Positions 38,647 to 49,278 of a stretch of DNA of 64,000 nucleotides are shown in pieces (position 1 is the stretch's first letter; each line of letters begins with the position of its first letter). The notes below the pieces were generated by a model. It searched no databases. It was not told the origin of the DNA and saw only the letters and a list, made by a program, of their open reading frames with translations. The translations under genes and the position numbers were made by a program. The stretch is from Acidobacteriota bacterium (GTDB taxonomy: Bacteria; Acidobacteriota; UBA890; WLXD01): positions 141,984-205,983 of the forward strand of contig WLXD01000003.1 of assembly GCA_012103255.1 (NCBI GenBank). Reading direction: 5' to 3'.

Positions 38647-39003
38647 CTACTTGCTATCGAATCGCTCGTTTGCCCGCAACAGTGACGCCTCGTTCTCCGC
38701 GCCCCAGTCGCAGATCATCTTGAAGATCGGGTGCAGACTCTGACCCAGCGCTGAGATCTCGTACTCCACTCGCGGCGGAATCTCCTCATGGAAAGTGCGC
38801 TCCACGAGCCCGTCCCGCTCGAGCTCCCGCAGTCGCTGAGTCAGCATCTTCTGAGAAATGTCGGGAATTGCTCGGCGGAGTTCGCTGAATCGTTGACGTC
38901 CGTAGAACACCAGCGAAAACACGATCGCAGGTTTCCACTTGTTCCCGACGACCTGCATCATTCGTTCAACGCGATCGATCAGCTTCCGTTCTTCGGGTTT
39001 CAT
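38647..39003 (-). CDS. HxlR family transcriptional regulator
   Basis: GNKWKPAI, RFSELRRAIPDISQKMLTQRLRELERDGLV, PPRVEYEIS. Confidence 0.93.
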   Translation of the reverse strand: MKPEERKLIDRVERMMQVVGNKWKPAIVFSLVFYGRQRFSELRRAIPDISQKMLTQRLRELERDGLVERTFHEEIPPRVEYEISALGQSLHPIFKMICDWGAENEASLLRANERFDSK

Positions 39004-39100
39004 TATGAGAGTCAGTATACATTAGGTGCCTTATTGACAAAGTAAACCACGTTTCTAAAAGATACTGGGACCTCAAATCTCAAACTCGAGAAACGGACGT

Positions 39101-39499
39101 ATGAGCACCATCGACGCAGACGACTTCGGAACGATTGAGCGCGACGAGACGACCAATCTGGTGCGCCTCAGCTGGCTCCCGGAGACCGAAGACATGACGT
39201 TGGAAGACTTCAGGAACACGCTCACGGTGCTCGCAGACGCCGTCGTCGAGCACGGCGCCAGCGGCGCCTTGGTGGACGTGCGGGAGTTTCGTTCAGAGGT
39301 TCCCGAAGAGGATGACGGCTGGCGCGAAGAAGTGATTGTCCCCAGGTACAACACCGTGCTTAGCCGGTTTGCATGGCTGGCAGGCCCTGAATTCGAGGAA
39401 CTGCCCGGGGGTGGCGGCGTGTATTCGAACGACGGCGAGGAGTACGCGAATCGCTGGTTCCACGACGAGGACGAGGCGATCGCCTGGGCCACGGCCTGA
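39101..39499 (+). CDS. Hypothetical protein (SpoIIAA/STAS-like fold possible)
   Basis: LVDVREF, W....IVP, F.DEDEAIAW pattern; divergent from HxlR gene. Confidence 0.6.
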   Translation: MSTIDADDFGTIERDETTNLVRLSWLPETEDMTLEDFRNTLTVLADAVVEHGASGALVDVREFRSEVPEEDDGWREEVIVPRYNTVLSRFAWLAGPEFEELPGGGGVYSNDGEEYANRWFHDEDEAIAWATA

Positions 39500-39545
39500 C
39501 AACACTCGACGTTTGCGTGGTCAAGAACGCCGCAAGCAACCGATG

Positions 39546-40937
39546 CTAGCGCCAGAAGGGGATGACATGGACGCGGCTCGCGTCTTTGATCGCGTCGGCC
39601 AATGTGCCGCCTCCGGTCGACGTAGCTTCCGTGAACTGAGCCTCTAGCTCGGCGCGCCGCGCCGCGCTGATGTCGCGGACGAGCCGCAGTTCGTGACGGC
39701 CCGGCGGAAACGCGGCAACGTTGAGTCGGGCTACTACGCCGCGCATGCCGCTAGCGCGGTCGGTGGCGAAATCAAAATGCTCCGGTGACACCGCGGCCCC
39801 ATTCATCGAGACTTCATAGAGATCGCCGATGCATCGCGCCGCGGCTGCATCGTCCGGCTCGCCATCCACAACTCGCGTAACGACCGATTCGCAACGTTCG
39901 CGCAGAAGCTCGTTGTCGTCGCGCGGGTAGTACGTAATAAGAAGACGAACATAGTCGCCTTCGATCACCTCCGACTGGATCGCCGGCGAACGGCGATGGA
40001 TCGCGCCGGCGAGTCGCTGATCAGCGTAGTACGCGGGCACCAGCTCGGCGGACGAACCTTCGCCAGGCCCCAGGAGCAAACTATCGAACGGCGTACCTCC
40101 GTTGAACAGGTCCAGATCGCTCACGAGAAACATCGCAACTACCACGGCCCCGATCGTCTGCAGAACCGTGGCGAAACGGCGTTGGCTCGTGCGAGTGGCG
40201 ATCGTCAGCGTCAGCGGGTGAAGCACAGGGCCGAGCGCGACGTAGTAGGAGAGGCGCAGGATGCCGCGGATCGCCCAGGCCAACCGCGAATCCGGTGCAA
40301 TCCGCTCGCGCATCTTCCGGTCGAGCAGCAATGCACCGACGAACGGCAGCAGCCAGACAACGACAGCCATTGCCGCGGCCACGACGAGAAGGCTCGACCC
40401 GGGTACGGCGTACGTGACGATCCAGTAACTCGGCACGCCGATGGCGAAGACGCCGACAATCGAAAGCACCAGGTTGCCGACCAGGATCGCCGCGAAGGCG
40501 AAGATCAACCGGCAGAAGCCATCGGCGTTGCGCACAGCCTCCTCGAGCGAAGGGACGAGACGCTTCGCCAAAGCCAGACCAATGGGGCCGCGATTCTGGA
40601 CGGCGTCCCATCTGATTCCTTCCGGGTAGAGGGAATGCAATCCTGCCAATCCGACCCAGTAGGCGCGCGCAGCGATGTGCAGCACGAACGTAGCGATCAA
40701 CGCGTAGGCGAGCAGCGACAGGTAGTAGTAGGCGAAGAAGTAGCCCATCCGCAGATCACCTGCGGCGATGACGCTCACCCGATCCCACCATCCGGAGAGG
40801 CGTGTGGGCGCGCCCAGAAGGGCAAATACCAGTGCCCCAGAGATCAGAAGTTCGACCTCCCACGTCTGGTCGAACAAACCTCGGCGCGGTGAACCCGGGG
40901 CATCTATGGGAGAGCGGTTGTCGATCGAATCGTTCAT
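39546..40937 (-). CDS. Multi-TM hypothetical membrane protein
   Basis: QTWEVELLISG, LHIAARAYWVGLAGL, PAIQSEVI, C-terminal IPFW. Confidence 0.75.
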   Translation of the reverse strand: MNDSIDNRSPIDAPGSPRRGLFDQTWEVELLISGALVFALLGAPTRLSGWWDRVSVIAAGDLRMGYFFAYYYLSLLAYALIATFVLHIAARAYWVGLAGLHSLYPEGIRWDAVQNRGPIGLALAKRLVPSLEEAVRNADGFCRLIFAFAAILVGNLVLSIVGVFAIGVPSYWIVTYAVPGSSLLVVAAAMAVVVWLLPFVGALLLDRKMRERIAPDSRLAWAIRGILRLSYYVALGPVLHPLTLTIATRTSQRRFATVLQTIGAVVVAMFLVSDLDLFNGGTPFDSLLLGPGEGSSAELVPAYYADQRLAGAIHRRSPAIQSEVIEGDYVRLLITYYPRDDNELLRERCESVVTRVVDGEPDDAAAARCIGDLYEVSMNGAAVSPEHFDFATDRASGMRGVVARLNVAAFPPGRHELRLVRDISAARRAELEAQFTEATSTGGGTLADAIKDASRVHVIPFWR

Positions 40938-41123
40938 GGCGGGGAGGACTCCTGGCGTCGGACGGCCGCTATGATACCGCCCGTAGCGCCGTGCCTGGTC
41001 GAAGCCGGCCCCCGCCGGTGGTCCGTCGGACGGACCACGCCGACCAGGTTCGATAACTTGACCTGGGTTCGACCAGACACCACGGTCGTCTCAGACTCAC
41101 AGTGATTTGGGGGCACGCGAGAT

Positions 41124-41312
41124 TTGAATCAACCGACAGGACTCAACACGCTCATTGGCCTCGCCACCGCGGGGACAGCGGTTGTCGGGCTATTCGCCCT
41201 CGTCGGAGGTCTGCTGGTGTTCACAGCCGGTGAGTTCGTGGCCGCGGCCCTGTTCCTCCTGGCCGCGGCCGTGGCTTTCGGCGCGTTGGCGATCGCCCTG
41301 CTTCGCAGTTAG
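41124..41312 (+). CDS. Small two-TM protein
   Basis: Two hydrophobic helices in 62 aa. Confidence 0.5.
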   Translation: MNQPTGLNTLIGLATAGTAVVGLFALVGGLLVFTAGEFVAAALFLLAAAVAFGALAIALLRS

Positions 41313-44300
41313 CTCGCAACCCCGACTCCGAGCACTCCGGCCTCGGCCAATGCGCCGTTGAAATCATCCAGCTCACCGCCGAGGACTGCATGCAGTCGAT
41401 CAGCGATGCCGCGCCAGATCGTTGCCAGGTCCGCGGCACGTTCTCGAGCTCCTCGCGTGGGCTGCCGATCGGGGCCGCCAGAGAGATAGCCGTCGGGCCC
41501 GGTCACGGCGCCGTAAACCGAGGCGTACTGCGACATCAGCTGGGGTCCGTAGTTGAACAGATCCTGGATCCCTTCGGCGGCCGGCTGGTAGAGCATCGCC
41601 TCGATCTCGGTGAGCTCGTCGATGATGTTGGCACCCGCAGACGCAATGTCGTCAGCCGCGTCTGAGCCCGCCGCGCGAGCTACTGCGGCCTCCACCTGAT
41701 CGCGCGCCGACCAGAGGGCGGCTATGGAGTCCGCGATCGCCTGCATGTTGTCGCGCAGGCCAACGGCCAGCTCAACCTGTTCTGCGAGCCGCGCGTCGGT
41801 CACGTCGTGGAGACGCGGATCGAGCCGCACCTCGAAAGTTGTCTCCCCCAGCGCCTCTCGATTCATCGCACCGCCGGAACTGAGCCGCGCGGTGTATGTG
41901 CCCGGCGCGGCCTTCGGTCCGCCGGTGTAGCCCCACACCTGAACGCCATCGGGAACCTCCGGAGACTCGTGCTGCAGGTCCCACACGAAGCGGTTCAGGC
42001 CAGCCGCGACTGGTAGTGGATTGCCGCCGTCCTCGTCATCATCGCTGGAATACGTCCGGATGACAGTTCCGCTGGAGTCCAGAATCTCGAGACTCAACGG
42101 GGACTCCCCTGCCCCTTCGGCAACGCTGGGAGTCAAGGAGTAGTGCACCGTGGCGCCCTGGGGAGGCGAGTCGAGCGGAGTGTCGCCGCTAGCCCCGCCC
42201 ATGTTGGCCCGCCAGGCTGGCCGTGGGGCGAACAGATGCACGCCGTCGACACCCGCCGCCAGTTCGCGCAACGGCGTCATGTCGTCGAGGATCCAGAACG
42301 AACGTCCCTGCGTGGAGACCACCAGGTCGTTCTGGTGCACGCGCATGCCGGTGATGGGAGTTACGGGAAGATCGTTCTGCAAGCTCTGCCAATGCGCCCC
42401 GTCGTCGAAGGAGACGAATACGCCGAATTCGGTGCCGGCGAACAGCAGTCCGGGCGTCACCGGATCTTCGCGAACCGTCCGCACCGGGTAGTCGCTCGGG
42501 ATGCCGTTGCCGTCAGTGAGGAGCGTCCACGAGGCGCCCCAATCGTCGGTCGCGTAGATGTACGGGGCAAAGTCATCGAGCCGATAGCGCTGCACGGCCA
42601 TGATGGCGCTGCCAGGCGCGTGCCGGGAGACCTCGATCTCATCCACGGTACCGAGACCAGGCATGCCATCCGGCGTGATATCCGTCCAGGTGCTGCCACC
42701 GTCACGACTCACATGGACGCGTCCGTCATCACTACCGGTCCACAGCTCGTCCGCAGCGAATGGCGACTCCGCAAGCGCGAAGATCGTGCCGTACATCTCC
42801 ACGCCGGTGATGTCTCGATGGATCGGCCCGCCGGCGTAGTCCTGATGCTCCGGGTTGTCGGTGGTGAGATCAGGGCTGATCGTCTCCCACGTGAAGCCGG
42901 CGTCGGTCGTCCGGTGCAGGTAGTTCGACGCGTGGTAGACCACGTTCGAGTCGTGCTCCGAGATAAGGATCGGTGCGACCCACTGGAAGCGATACTTCAG
43001 GTCGCGCCCGGCTGAACCGGCCTGTAGTTGCGGGTAGATCAGCACATTGCGGTACTCGCCGGTCGCCTGATTCACATACGAGATCTCGCCGCCATAGCAG
43101 GCGCCATAGCTGATGTCGCGGTTCTTCGGGTCGACGACGATCGGCCCGGTCTCGCAGCCGCCGGGGTTCACCCAACCCGTCTTCGGGTGCAGGGTGTTGG
43201 CGTCGTGCCACGCGGGCACCCCGATGCCGGTGTTGTCCTGCTGACCGGCGTAGAGGCGATATGGGAAACCATTGTCCACCGAGACGTCGTAGAACTCCGC
43301 GGTCGCCTGGTTGTAGTAGGTCGACCAGGTACGACCGTCGTTCATGGTCACCTGGGCACCGCCATCGTCGCCGACCACCATCCGCTTCGGGTCGTCCGGG
43401 TTGATCCACAGGTCGTGAACGTCGCCGTGCGGCACCTGGATCACTTCGAAGTTCTCGCCGCCGTCAATCGACTTCAAGAGCCGCGTGTTTAGTGCGAAAA
43501 CGGTGTTGTCGTCAGTTGGGTGCGCGATGATGTGCGTGTAATACCAAGCCCGCTGACGAAGACCGCGGTCGGTGTTCACGAGCTCCCACGAGTCACCGCC
43601 GTCATCGCTGCGATAGACGCCACCATCCGGGTCGAGCGCCTCGATCAGGGCCCAGACGCGGGCCGGGTTCGACGCGGAGATTGCCAGACCGATCTTGCCG
43701 ACCACGCCCGTTGGCAGACCATTGTCGAGCGCGGCGTCCGTGAGCTCCGTCCACGAGTCACCGCCGTCGGTCGAGCGCCAGATCCCGGACTCCTCTGAAC
43801 CACTGATCATCGTCCAGGGCTTGCGCTCCGCGGTCCACATCGAAGCCCAGACATCGCGCGGGTTGCGCGGGTTGATCTGAATGTCCATGGCGCCGGTACG
43901 GTCGGATACACCGAGCACCTGCTCCCACGTCGCCCCGCCATCCCGTGAACGATAGACACCGCGATCCGGGTTCGGGCCGAACGGGTGACCGAGCGCCGCC
44001 GCGAAGACAACGTCCGCGTCGCGCGGATCCACCTCAATCGAGCCAATCTGGCCAGCCTCGGCAAGACCGATGAAGTGCCAGGTCTTTCCAGCATCGGTCG
44101 ATTTCCAGGCGCCGCGCCCGGTTGACGTGTTGCCCCGCGTGTCGGCAGAACCCGTGCCCACGTAGATCACGTTGCGATCACTATCCGCGACATCTAGTGA
44201 ACCAACCGATCCGCCAAAGGTGCCGTCGGTGATGTTGTTCCAGGTATGACCCGCGTCGTCCGTCACCCACACGCCGCCACCCGTGGTTCCCATCCAGTAG

Positions 44301-44518
44301 GTGTCGGGTACGTCAGTGTGCCCCGTCACGGCGGTTGATCGGCCGCCGCGATACGGGCCCACCATTCGCCAATCGAGTGCCTGAAGCATCTCCGGCGCAA
44401 CGACGGTGTTGGCATCCATTGCGCCCGAGTCCTGGGCGCCGGCAGGTCCTACGATCGAGATCGTAAACAAGGCGGCGAGAAGAAGTGACGAGGCCAGGGG
44501 GCGAAAGCGACGCAACAT
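41309..44518 (-). CDS. Secreted VPS10/BNR (Asp-box) repeat glycosyl-hydrolase-like protein
   Basis: WRMVGPYRGGRS, multiple S.D.G.TW Asp-boxes, STQGRSFWILDD; signal peptide from ATG 44518. Confidence 0.88.
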   Translation of the reverse strand: MLRRFRPLASSLLLAALFTISIVGPAGAQDSGAMDANTVVAPEMLQALDWRMVGPYRGGRSTAVTGHTDVPDTYWMGTTGGGVWVTDDAGHTWNNITDGTFGGSVGSLDVADSDRNVIYVGTGSADTRGNTSTGRGAWKSTDAGKTWHFIGLAEAGQIGSIEVDPRDADVVFAAALGHPFGPNPDRGVYRSRDGGATWEQVLGVSDRTGAMDIQINPRNPRDVWASMWTAERKPWTMISGSEESGIWRSTDGGDSWTELTDAALDNGLPTGVVGKIGLAISASNPARVWALIEALDPDGGVYRSDDGGDSWELVNTDRGLRQRAWYYTHIIAHPTDDNTVFALNTRLLKSIDGGENFEVIQVPHGDVHDLWINPDDPKRMVVGDDGGAQVTMNDGRTWSTYYNQATAEFYDVSVDNGFPYRLYAGQQDNTGIGVPAWHDANTLHPKTGWVNPGGCETGPIVVDPKNRDISYGACYGGEISYVNQATGEYRNVLIYPQLQAGSAGRDLKYRFQWVAPILISEHDSNVVYHASNYLHRTTDAGFTWETISPDLTTDNPEHQDYAGGPIHRDITGVEMYGTIFALAESPFAADELWTGSDDGRVHVSRDGGSTWTDITPDGMPGLGTVDEIEVSRHAPGSAIMAVQRYRLDDFAPYIYATDDWGASWTLLTDGNGIPSDYPVRTVREDPVTPGLLFAGTEFGVFVSFDDGAHWQSLQNDLPVTPITGMRVHQNDLVVSTQGRSFWILDDMTPLRELAAGVDGVHLFAPRPAWRANMGGASGDTPLDSPPQGATVHYSLTPSVAEGAGESPLSLEILDSSGTVIRTYSSDDDEDGGNPLPVAAGLNRFVWDLQHESPEVPDGVQVWGYTGGPKAAPGTYTARLSSGGAMNREALGETTFEVRLDPRLHDVTDARLAEQVELAVGLRDNMQAIADSIAALWSARDQVEAAVARAAGSDAADDIASAGANIIDELTEIEAMLYQPAAEGIQDLFNYGPQLMSQYASVYGAVTGPDGYLSGGPDRQPTRGARERAADLATIWRGIADRLHAVLGGELDDFNGALAEAGVLGVGVAS

Positions 44519-44751
44519 CAGGGAATCTCCGGGTTCAACAACGGGCGCCCCGAACACCGTGGGCTCCGGCGCCAACTCTAGTGCGGCTTGGCCTGCTGGT
44601 GTGCTAACTCGAGACTGCCTGGCACCGTGCAGGCCGGGCCTGGCCACCATGAGGGCCCGACCAGATCGTTCTGGATTCCCTTGCGGGGCGCCAACCGTAA
44701 CCCTGTGATCCAGCAGCACTCCATCGCCACGCGTCTATCTCGCACTGGACA

Positions 44752-46113
44752 ATGAACCTCTACCAGGACGTCTTCTTTCGCGGTCTGGATCGGCTCCGTC
44801 AGCGACGGAACATAGACCGCCTGCAGCAGCTGCGCGCGTCGCAGTTCTGGAGCGCACAACGAATCCAAGAGCGGCAACTAGAGCTGCTCAACGAGCTGCT
44901 CCGGGTGGCGCGCGAACACTCGCCCTACCATCGCGAACGGCTCGCGACACTGCGACTGCCGCTGCGCTCGCTCGAAGAGCTGGTGATTGTCCCGCCGCTT
45001 CGCAAGCGCGAGATCCGAGAGCACCGCGAGGCCATCCGAACGGTGCACCTGCCCGGCGACCGCTACGGCCTGGCGCACACAGGTGGCTCCACAGGCGAAC
45101 CGACGTATTTCTACTTGGATCGACAGGGCCGCGACTGGAATCGGGCCAGTGTCTACCGGTCAGCAGAGTGGGCCGGCACCGCCCTAGGCCGACGTGCCAT
45201 CGACGTTTCGGGCTCGGTCTACGACCGACGCAAAGCATCGACGATCCGCAAGCGACTGGCCGACCTGGTCCTCCGACACCGTCACTTCTCACTAGTGGCC
45301 CCGGGTGAGGCCGAATTTGAGTCGCTACGCCGAATGGTCCACCGATTCAAACCTCACAGCATGTGGGGCTACACCAGCGGCATCGTCGGGTTGGCCGAAT
45401 ACATGGAGTCCTCTGGACGCACCGATGCGTTTCCCTCGCTGGCAGCGTTGGTCACGAGTTCTGAAACTCTACTGCCCCACCATCGAGCCACGCTGGAGCG
45501 TGTCTTCGGCGCCTGTCGGCTCTTCGACCATTACGGCAGTCGCGAGATGTACATCGCGGCTCAATGCTCACAACGTAGCGGCTATCACCTACACGCCGAC
45601 GTCGTGTTTACCGAGATCGTGGACGACGACGGAAACCCCTGCGCTTCTGGGCAGCCTGGGCGTGTCCTCGTCACCGATCTGACGAACCACGCTTTCCCCT
45701 TCATCAGATACGAGATTGGAGACGTGGCGGCGCTCGCCGAAGATACGCCGTGCCCGTGTGGCGTGCGACTACCGCGCCTGGCGCGCGTGGAGGGCCGCAT
45801 CCCGGACATGATCAAGCTGCCCGACAGGGTAATCACACCCCCAAACATCGCAACGCCGCTCGCCGAAACGCCAGGCGTTCGTGCGTTCCAAGTGCGCCAC
45901 GAACAACCGGATGAGATCCGCGTGCTCATCGAGGCCGACGCGGCGTTCGACCAGACCGCGCGCCGGCATGTGCGGCGACTGATGGAGAGGCTGGTCGCCG
46001 GTCAGGCGCGCGTGGAAATCGTCACTGACGAACCGATTGAGGTGCCGGCGTCCGGCAAGCGGCGCTTCGTGGTGTCGAACGTGGCCGACCGAGATTCGGA
46101 GCGAGCCGCGTAG
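44752..46113 (+). CDS. Phenylacetate-CoA ligase family (CapK-like) adenylate-forming enzyme
   Basis: TGGSTGEP, YGSRE, LVTDLTN.AFPFIRYEIGD, EGR..D, SGKRRFV. Confidence 0.88.
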   Translation: MNLYQDVFFRGLDRLRQRRNIDRLQQLRASQFWSAQRIQERQLELLNELLRVAREHSPYHRERLATLRLPLRSLEELVIVPPLRKREIREHREAIRTVHLPGDRYGLAHTGGSTGEPTYFYLDRQGRDWNRASVYRSAEWAGTALGRRAIDVSGSVYDRRKASTIRKRLADLVLRHRHFSLVAPGEAEFESLRRMVHRFKPHSMWGYTSGIVGLAEYMESSGRTDAFPSLAALVTSSETLLPHHRATLERVFGACRLFDHYGSREMYIAAQCSQRSGYHLHADVVFTEIVDDDGNPCASGQPGRVLVTDLTNHAFPFIRYEIGDVAALAEDTPCPCGVRLPRLARVEGRIPDMIKLPDRVITPPNIATPLAETPGVRAFQVRHEQPDEIRVLIEADAAFDQTARRHVRRLMERLVAGQARVEIVTDEPIEVPASGKRRFVVSNVADRDSERAA

Positions 46114-46116
46114 CCT

Positions 46117-47936
46117 CTACTCGATGCGGCGGAACGTGAAGGTTCCCAGCGGTGCCACCGCTCCGTTGTTCAGGAACGGGAACCCATCAAGGCGCTGGAT
46201 CGTTGCCCTGGGCACCGTCGCGGAATTCGCGGACGTGAACGTTGTGCCGCTGTCGGTGCCCGCGTCGTACGGCTGCAGCGGCACGACGAGTTCGTCAATC
46301 CAGTCGCCGCGCTCCAAAGGCTCAGGCCCGAGACGCCCACAAACCAATCAGGACTGGGCGCGATCATCGACACGAGCGTGACGAACGGAGCTCCCGGGTC
46401 GATGTCGAACTCCAGAGCTACCCGTCCGGGAGAGACCCCGATCGCACCGCCCGAGAGCGTCGAACGAGCGGTGCCCAGATCGATCGCATCCCGCACCTCT
46501 CCGAGGAGGCTGCCCTTGGCCCCGAACTCCGCCATCTCCTTGATGCCGGTTGAGGCGATCTCATCGCGGGCCCAGAACGTTGCCGCGCTGGAGTGCGTGC
46601 CCCCCACGAGGCCGGAGAAATGTGCGCTCGACGGATAGTCGGCGGGATGCGTGGCGGCACTCCAGGTCGCGTCGAACGTCACCTCATAGCGGGCGGCAGG
46701 CGCGGCGTCGGTTTCCACGCGCAGTAACCGGCCGTCCGCGCTGAGCACGTAAAGGAGTCCGTCTGGACCGATACGCATATCGCGGATCGGCCCGAACCCA
46801 TTGCCCCAATGCACCGACCTGGCCTCGGCCGCCTTGTCGACGACGCGATCGGCGAGTGCACCGGCGAGACGCAACCGGTCACGCTGGGCAGCCCTGGGCG
46901 GCAACTCCAACAAATAGATGTCGCCGGCGGCGCTTCCAGCCACGAGTCGGTCACGCAGCTTGGGGCCGTAGGCATCGGTACCGAGAAAGGACAGGCCCGA
47001 TACACCCGGCGCCTTCTTCCAACTCAGTGCGGGATCTCCGTACTCGGCACCGGGCACGACGGGCAGGTCGGACGCCTCGCTCGCCGCATTGCCGTTCTCT
47101 GAATACCGGGCGTCACGGTCGTCTGGCCCCACGATCAGCACCCAGCCGCCGTTCATGCCCGGGGCCGCTGAGTTCAGTTCATCGTACTGACCTGGACCCT
47201 GGTCCAAGAGCCAGGGTGTCCCCGTCAGCCCATCGATCGCGAGTCCGTTGCCGTCGCGTAGCCCAAACGCGAACCAGCGGCGCAGCGTTTCGTCATCACT
47301 GGACGAGAACGGATTGTCGTCGGGGACCATTCCGTCAGGGCTGAGGCGGAAGAGCGCACCGCTTCCGGAGCTCGACCCGTCGTCTATGTTCTGTTCGGTC
47401 CGAGCTGCCCCGAGCCCGAGACTGCCTACCAGCCCGTAGAGCATTCCGTCTGAACCGAATCGCAGCGGGCCGCCATTGAGCTCATTCCCCGCCGCGGCCG
47501 CAACAGCGCCGACTGGAAAGCTGGCGATGCGCCGCGGCTGTCGCAGACGCTTACCGGAGAGCCTTAGCCGAACGACGCGGTTGTCCCGCCAGCGCCCGCC
47601 GCGCTGACTGGAGTAGTGAACGAACACGTGACCGTCATCGGTGAAGTTCGGGCTCACCGCAAGGCCGAGTCCGCCTCGACTCCCTTCTGTAGCCACTCGC
47701 AGACGGGCGACGACACGATCGCTCGCGCCGTCGCGGACTCGCAGTAGCCGTCCAGAGCGCTCGAGCACGAGGACGTCTCCTGCTCCAAGGAAATCGAACG
47801 CCACGGGATCGTTCAGATCGTCGGAGACCAGCACCACGTTCGTGCCCTTCGAATCGACCTCCTGAGAGGTGGCCGGGAGGGCGAGCGCAATACACAGCAC
47901 GGCGGCGGGTAGTGTCCAGCGAGACGAAGACTTCAT
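46117..47936 (-). pseudogene. PQQ-dependent sugar dehydrogenase (GSDH) propeller fused to a Spondin_N domain, frameshifted near 46318
   Basis: GGLGLAVSPNF, GG.LRFG.DG.LY, PDDNPF; HFSGLVGGTH, MIAPSPDWFVG, then YDAGTDSG in the adjacent frame (ORF 46117-46347). Confidence 0.75.
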
Positions 47937-48030
47937 CGGATGCGATCCTGAATAGAAGCGGAGTAGGCGTGCGAACTTGCTCCCAGTTTGCCGCAGACTC
48001 CCGCACGGTCACTCGAAAAACGAGGTTCAG

Positions 48031-49251
48031 ATGGCGATCGCCAGCGACAGAGTTGAATTCGCGGGCTCCCAGGGCACGCTGGCTGGGCGGCTCGACATCC
48101 CCTGTGCAGAGCCGCGCGCCGTTGCGCTCTTTGCGCATTGCTTCACCTGCAACAAGGACATCTGGGCGGCGAAACGGATCGCCGCGGGCCTTGCGGATCT
48201 CGGGATCGCCGTACTCCGATTCGACTTCACTGGGCTCGGCAGCAGCGATGGCGAATTCGCGAGCACCAACTTCTCTTCAAACGTCGAAGACCTTGTACTC
48301 GCGGCGGAGTTCCTACGGGCCAGGCATCAGGCCCCCGCACTGCTGATTGGCCATAGTCTCGGCGGTGCCGCAGCACTCACGGCGGCGCGGGATATCCCGG
48401 AGTGCGAAGCGGTCGCCACCATCGGGGCCCCAGCCGAGGCGGCTCACGTCCGACACCTCGTTGACGACGCAGCGAGTGAAATCGCGACCGAGGGCGAGGC
48501 GTGCGTGAACATCGGCGGGCGGCCATTCCGAGTCCGACAACAATTTCTGGACGACCTCGAGAATCACTCGCTGGCGTCGAAGCTGTCTGGTCTCGGGCGG
48601 GCCGTGCTCATCTGCCACTCGCCGCAAGACACGGTCGTCGGGATCGACAACGCTCGCGCACTCTTTGAGGCGGCCAGGCATCCCAAGAGTTTCGTGTCGC
48701 TCGATGGGGCGGACCACCTGGTGTCGGAGCCCGCTGACGCGGAGTACGTCGCGTCGGTCATCTCCGCGTGGGCGAGACGCTATCTATCCGGCGTGGAGCC
48801 CGCTGCGCAAGCACCAGACATACCGACCGGCACCGTGCGGGTTTCCGAGACGGGCGCCGGCAAGTTCGCGAATCTTGTGCAAGACGGCCGTCACGCGATT
48901 ATGGCGGACGAGCCGAGCGGCGTCGGCGGTGATGACCTCGGTCCGTCACCCTACGAGCTGCTCGCAGCGAGCCTCGGCGCGTGCACGAGCATGACCCTGC
49001 GAATGTACGCCGACCGCAAGGGCTGGCCCCTCGAGTCGGTCGCGGTCGATGTTCGCCACGACAAGGTCCACGCAGAGGACTGTGCGCAGTGCTCCACGAA
49101 GACCGGTCGCATCGATCGCCTTGCCACGGAGCTTGAACTGTCCGGACCGTTGACCGATGAGCAACTCGACCGGCTGCTCGAGATCGCTCACCGTTGCCCG
49201 GTTCATCGAACGCTCACCGGCGAGATCGATATCCCGGTGAGCCGGCGATAG
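48031..49251 (+). CDS. Bifunctional alpha/beta hydrolase-OsmC family protein
   Basis: ALFAHCFTC, RFDFTGLG, GHSLGG, SLDGADHL; ADEP..GG.D.GPSPYELL..LGACTSMT, CPVHRTL. Confidence 0.92.
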   Translation: MAIASDRVEFAGSQGTLAGRLDIPCAEPRAVALFAHCFTCNKDIWAAKRIAAGLADLGIAVLRFDFTGLGSSDGEFASTNFSSNVEDLVLAAEFLRARHQAPALLIGHSLGGAAALTAARDIPECEAVATIGAPAEAAHVRHLVDDAASEIATEGEACVNIGGRPFRVRQQFLDDLENHSLASKLSGLGRAVLICHSPQDTVVGIDNARALFEAARHPKSFVSLDGADHLVSEPADAEYVASVISAWARRYLSGVEPAAQAPDIPTGTVRVSETGAGKFANLVQDGRHAIMADEPSGVGGDDLGPSPYELLAASLGACTSMTLRMYADRKGWPLESVAVDVRHDKVHAEDCAQCSTKTGRIDRLATELELSGPLTDEQLDRLLEIAHRCPVHRTLTGEIDIPVSRR

Positions 49252-49278
49252 TTGTCGCGATTGACCTGGCGACGGCGC

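Noticed and set aside
44585-44630. CIRCE-like GTGCTAA half-site
   Set aside because: No matching TTAGCACTC half-site at 9-nt spacing, and no chaperone gene adjacent
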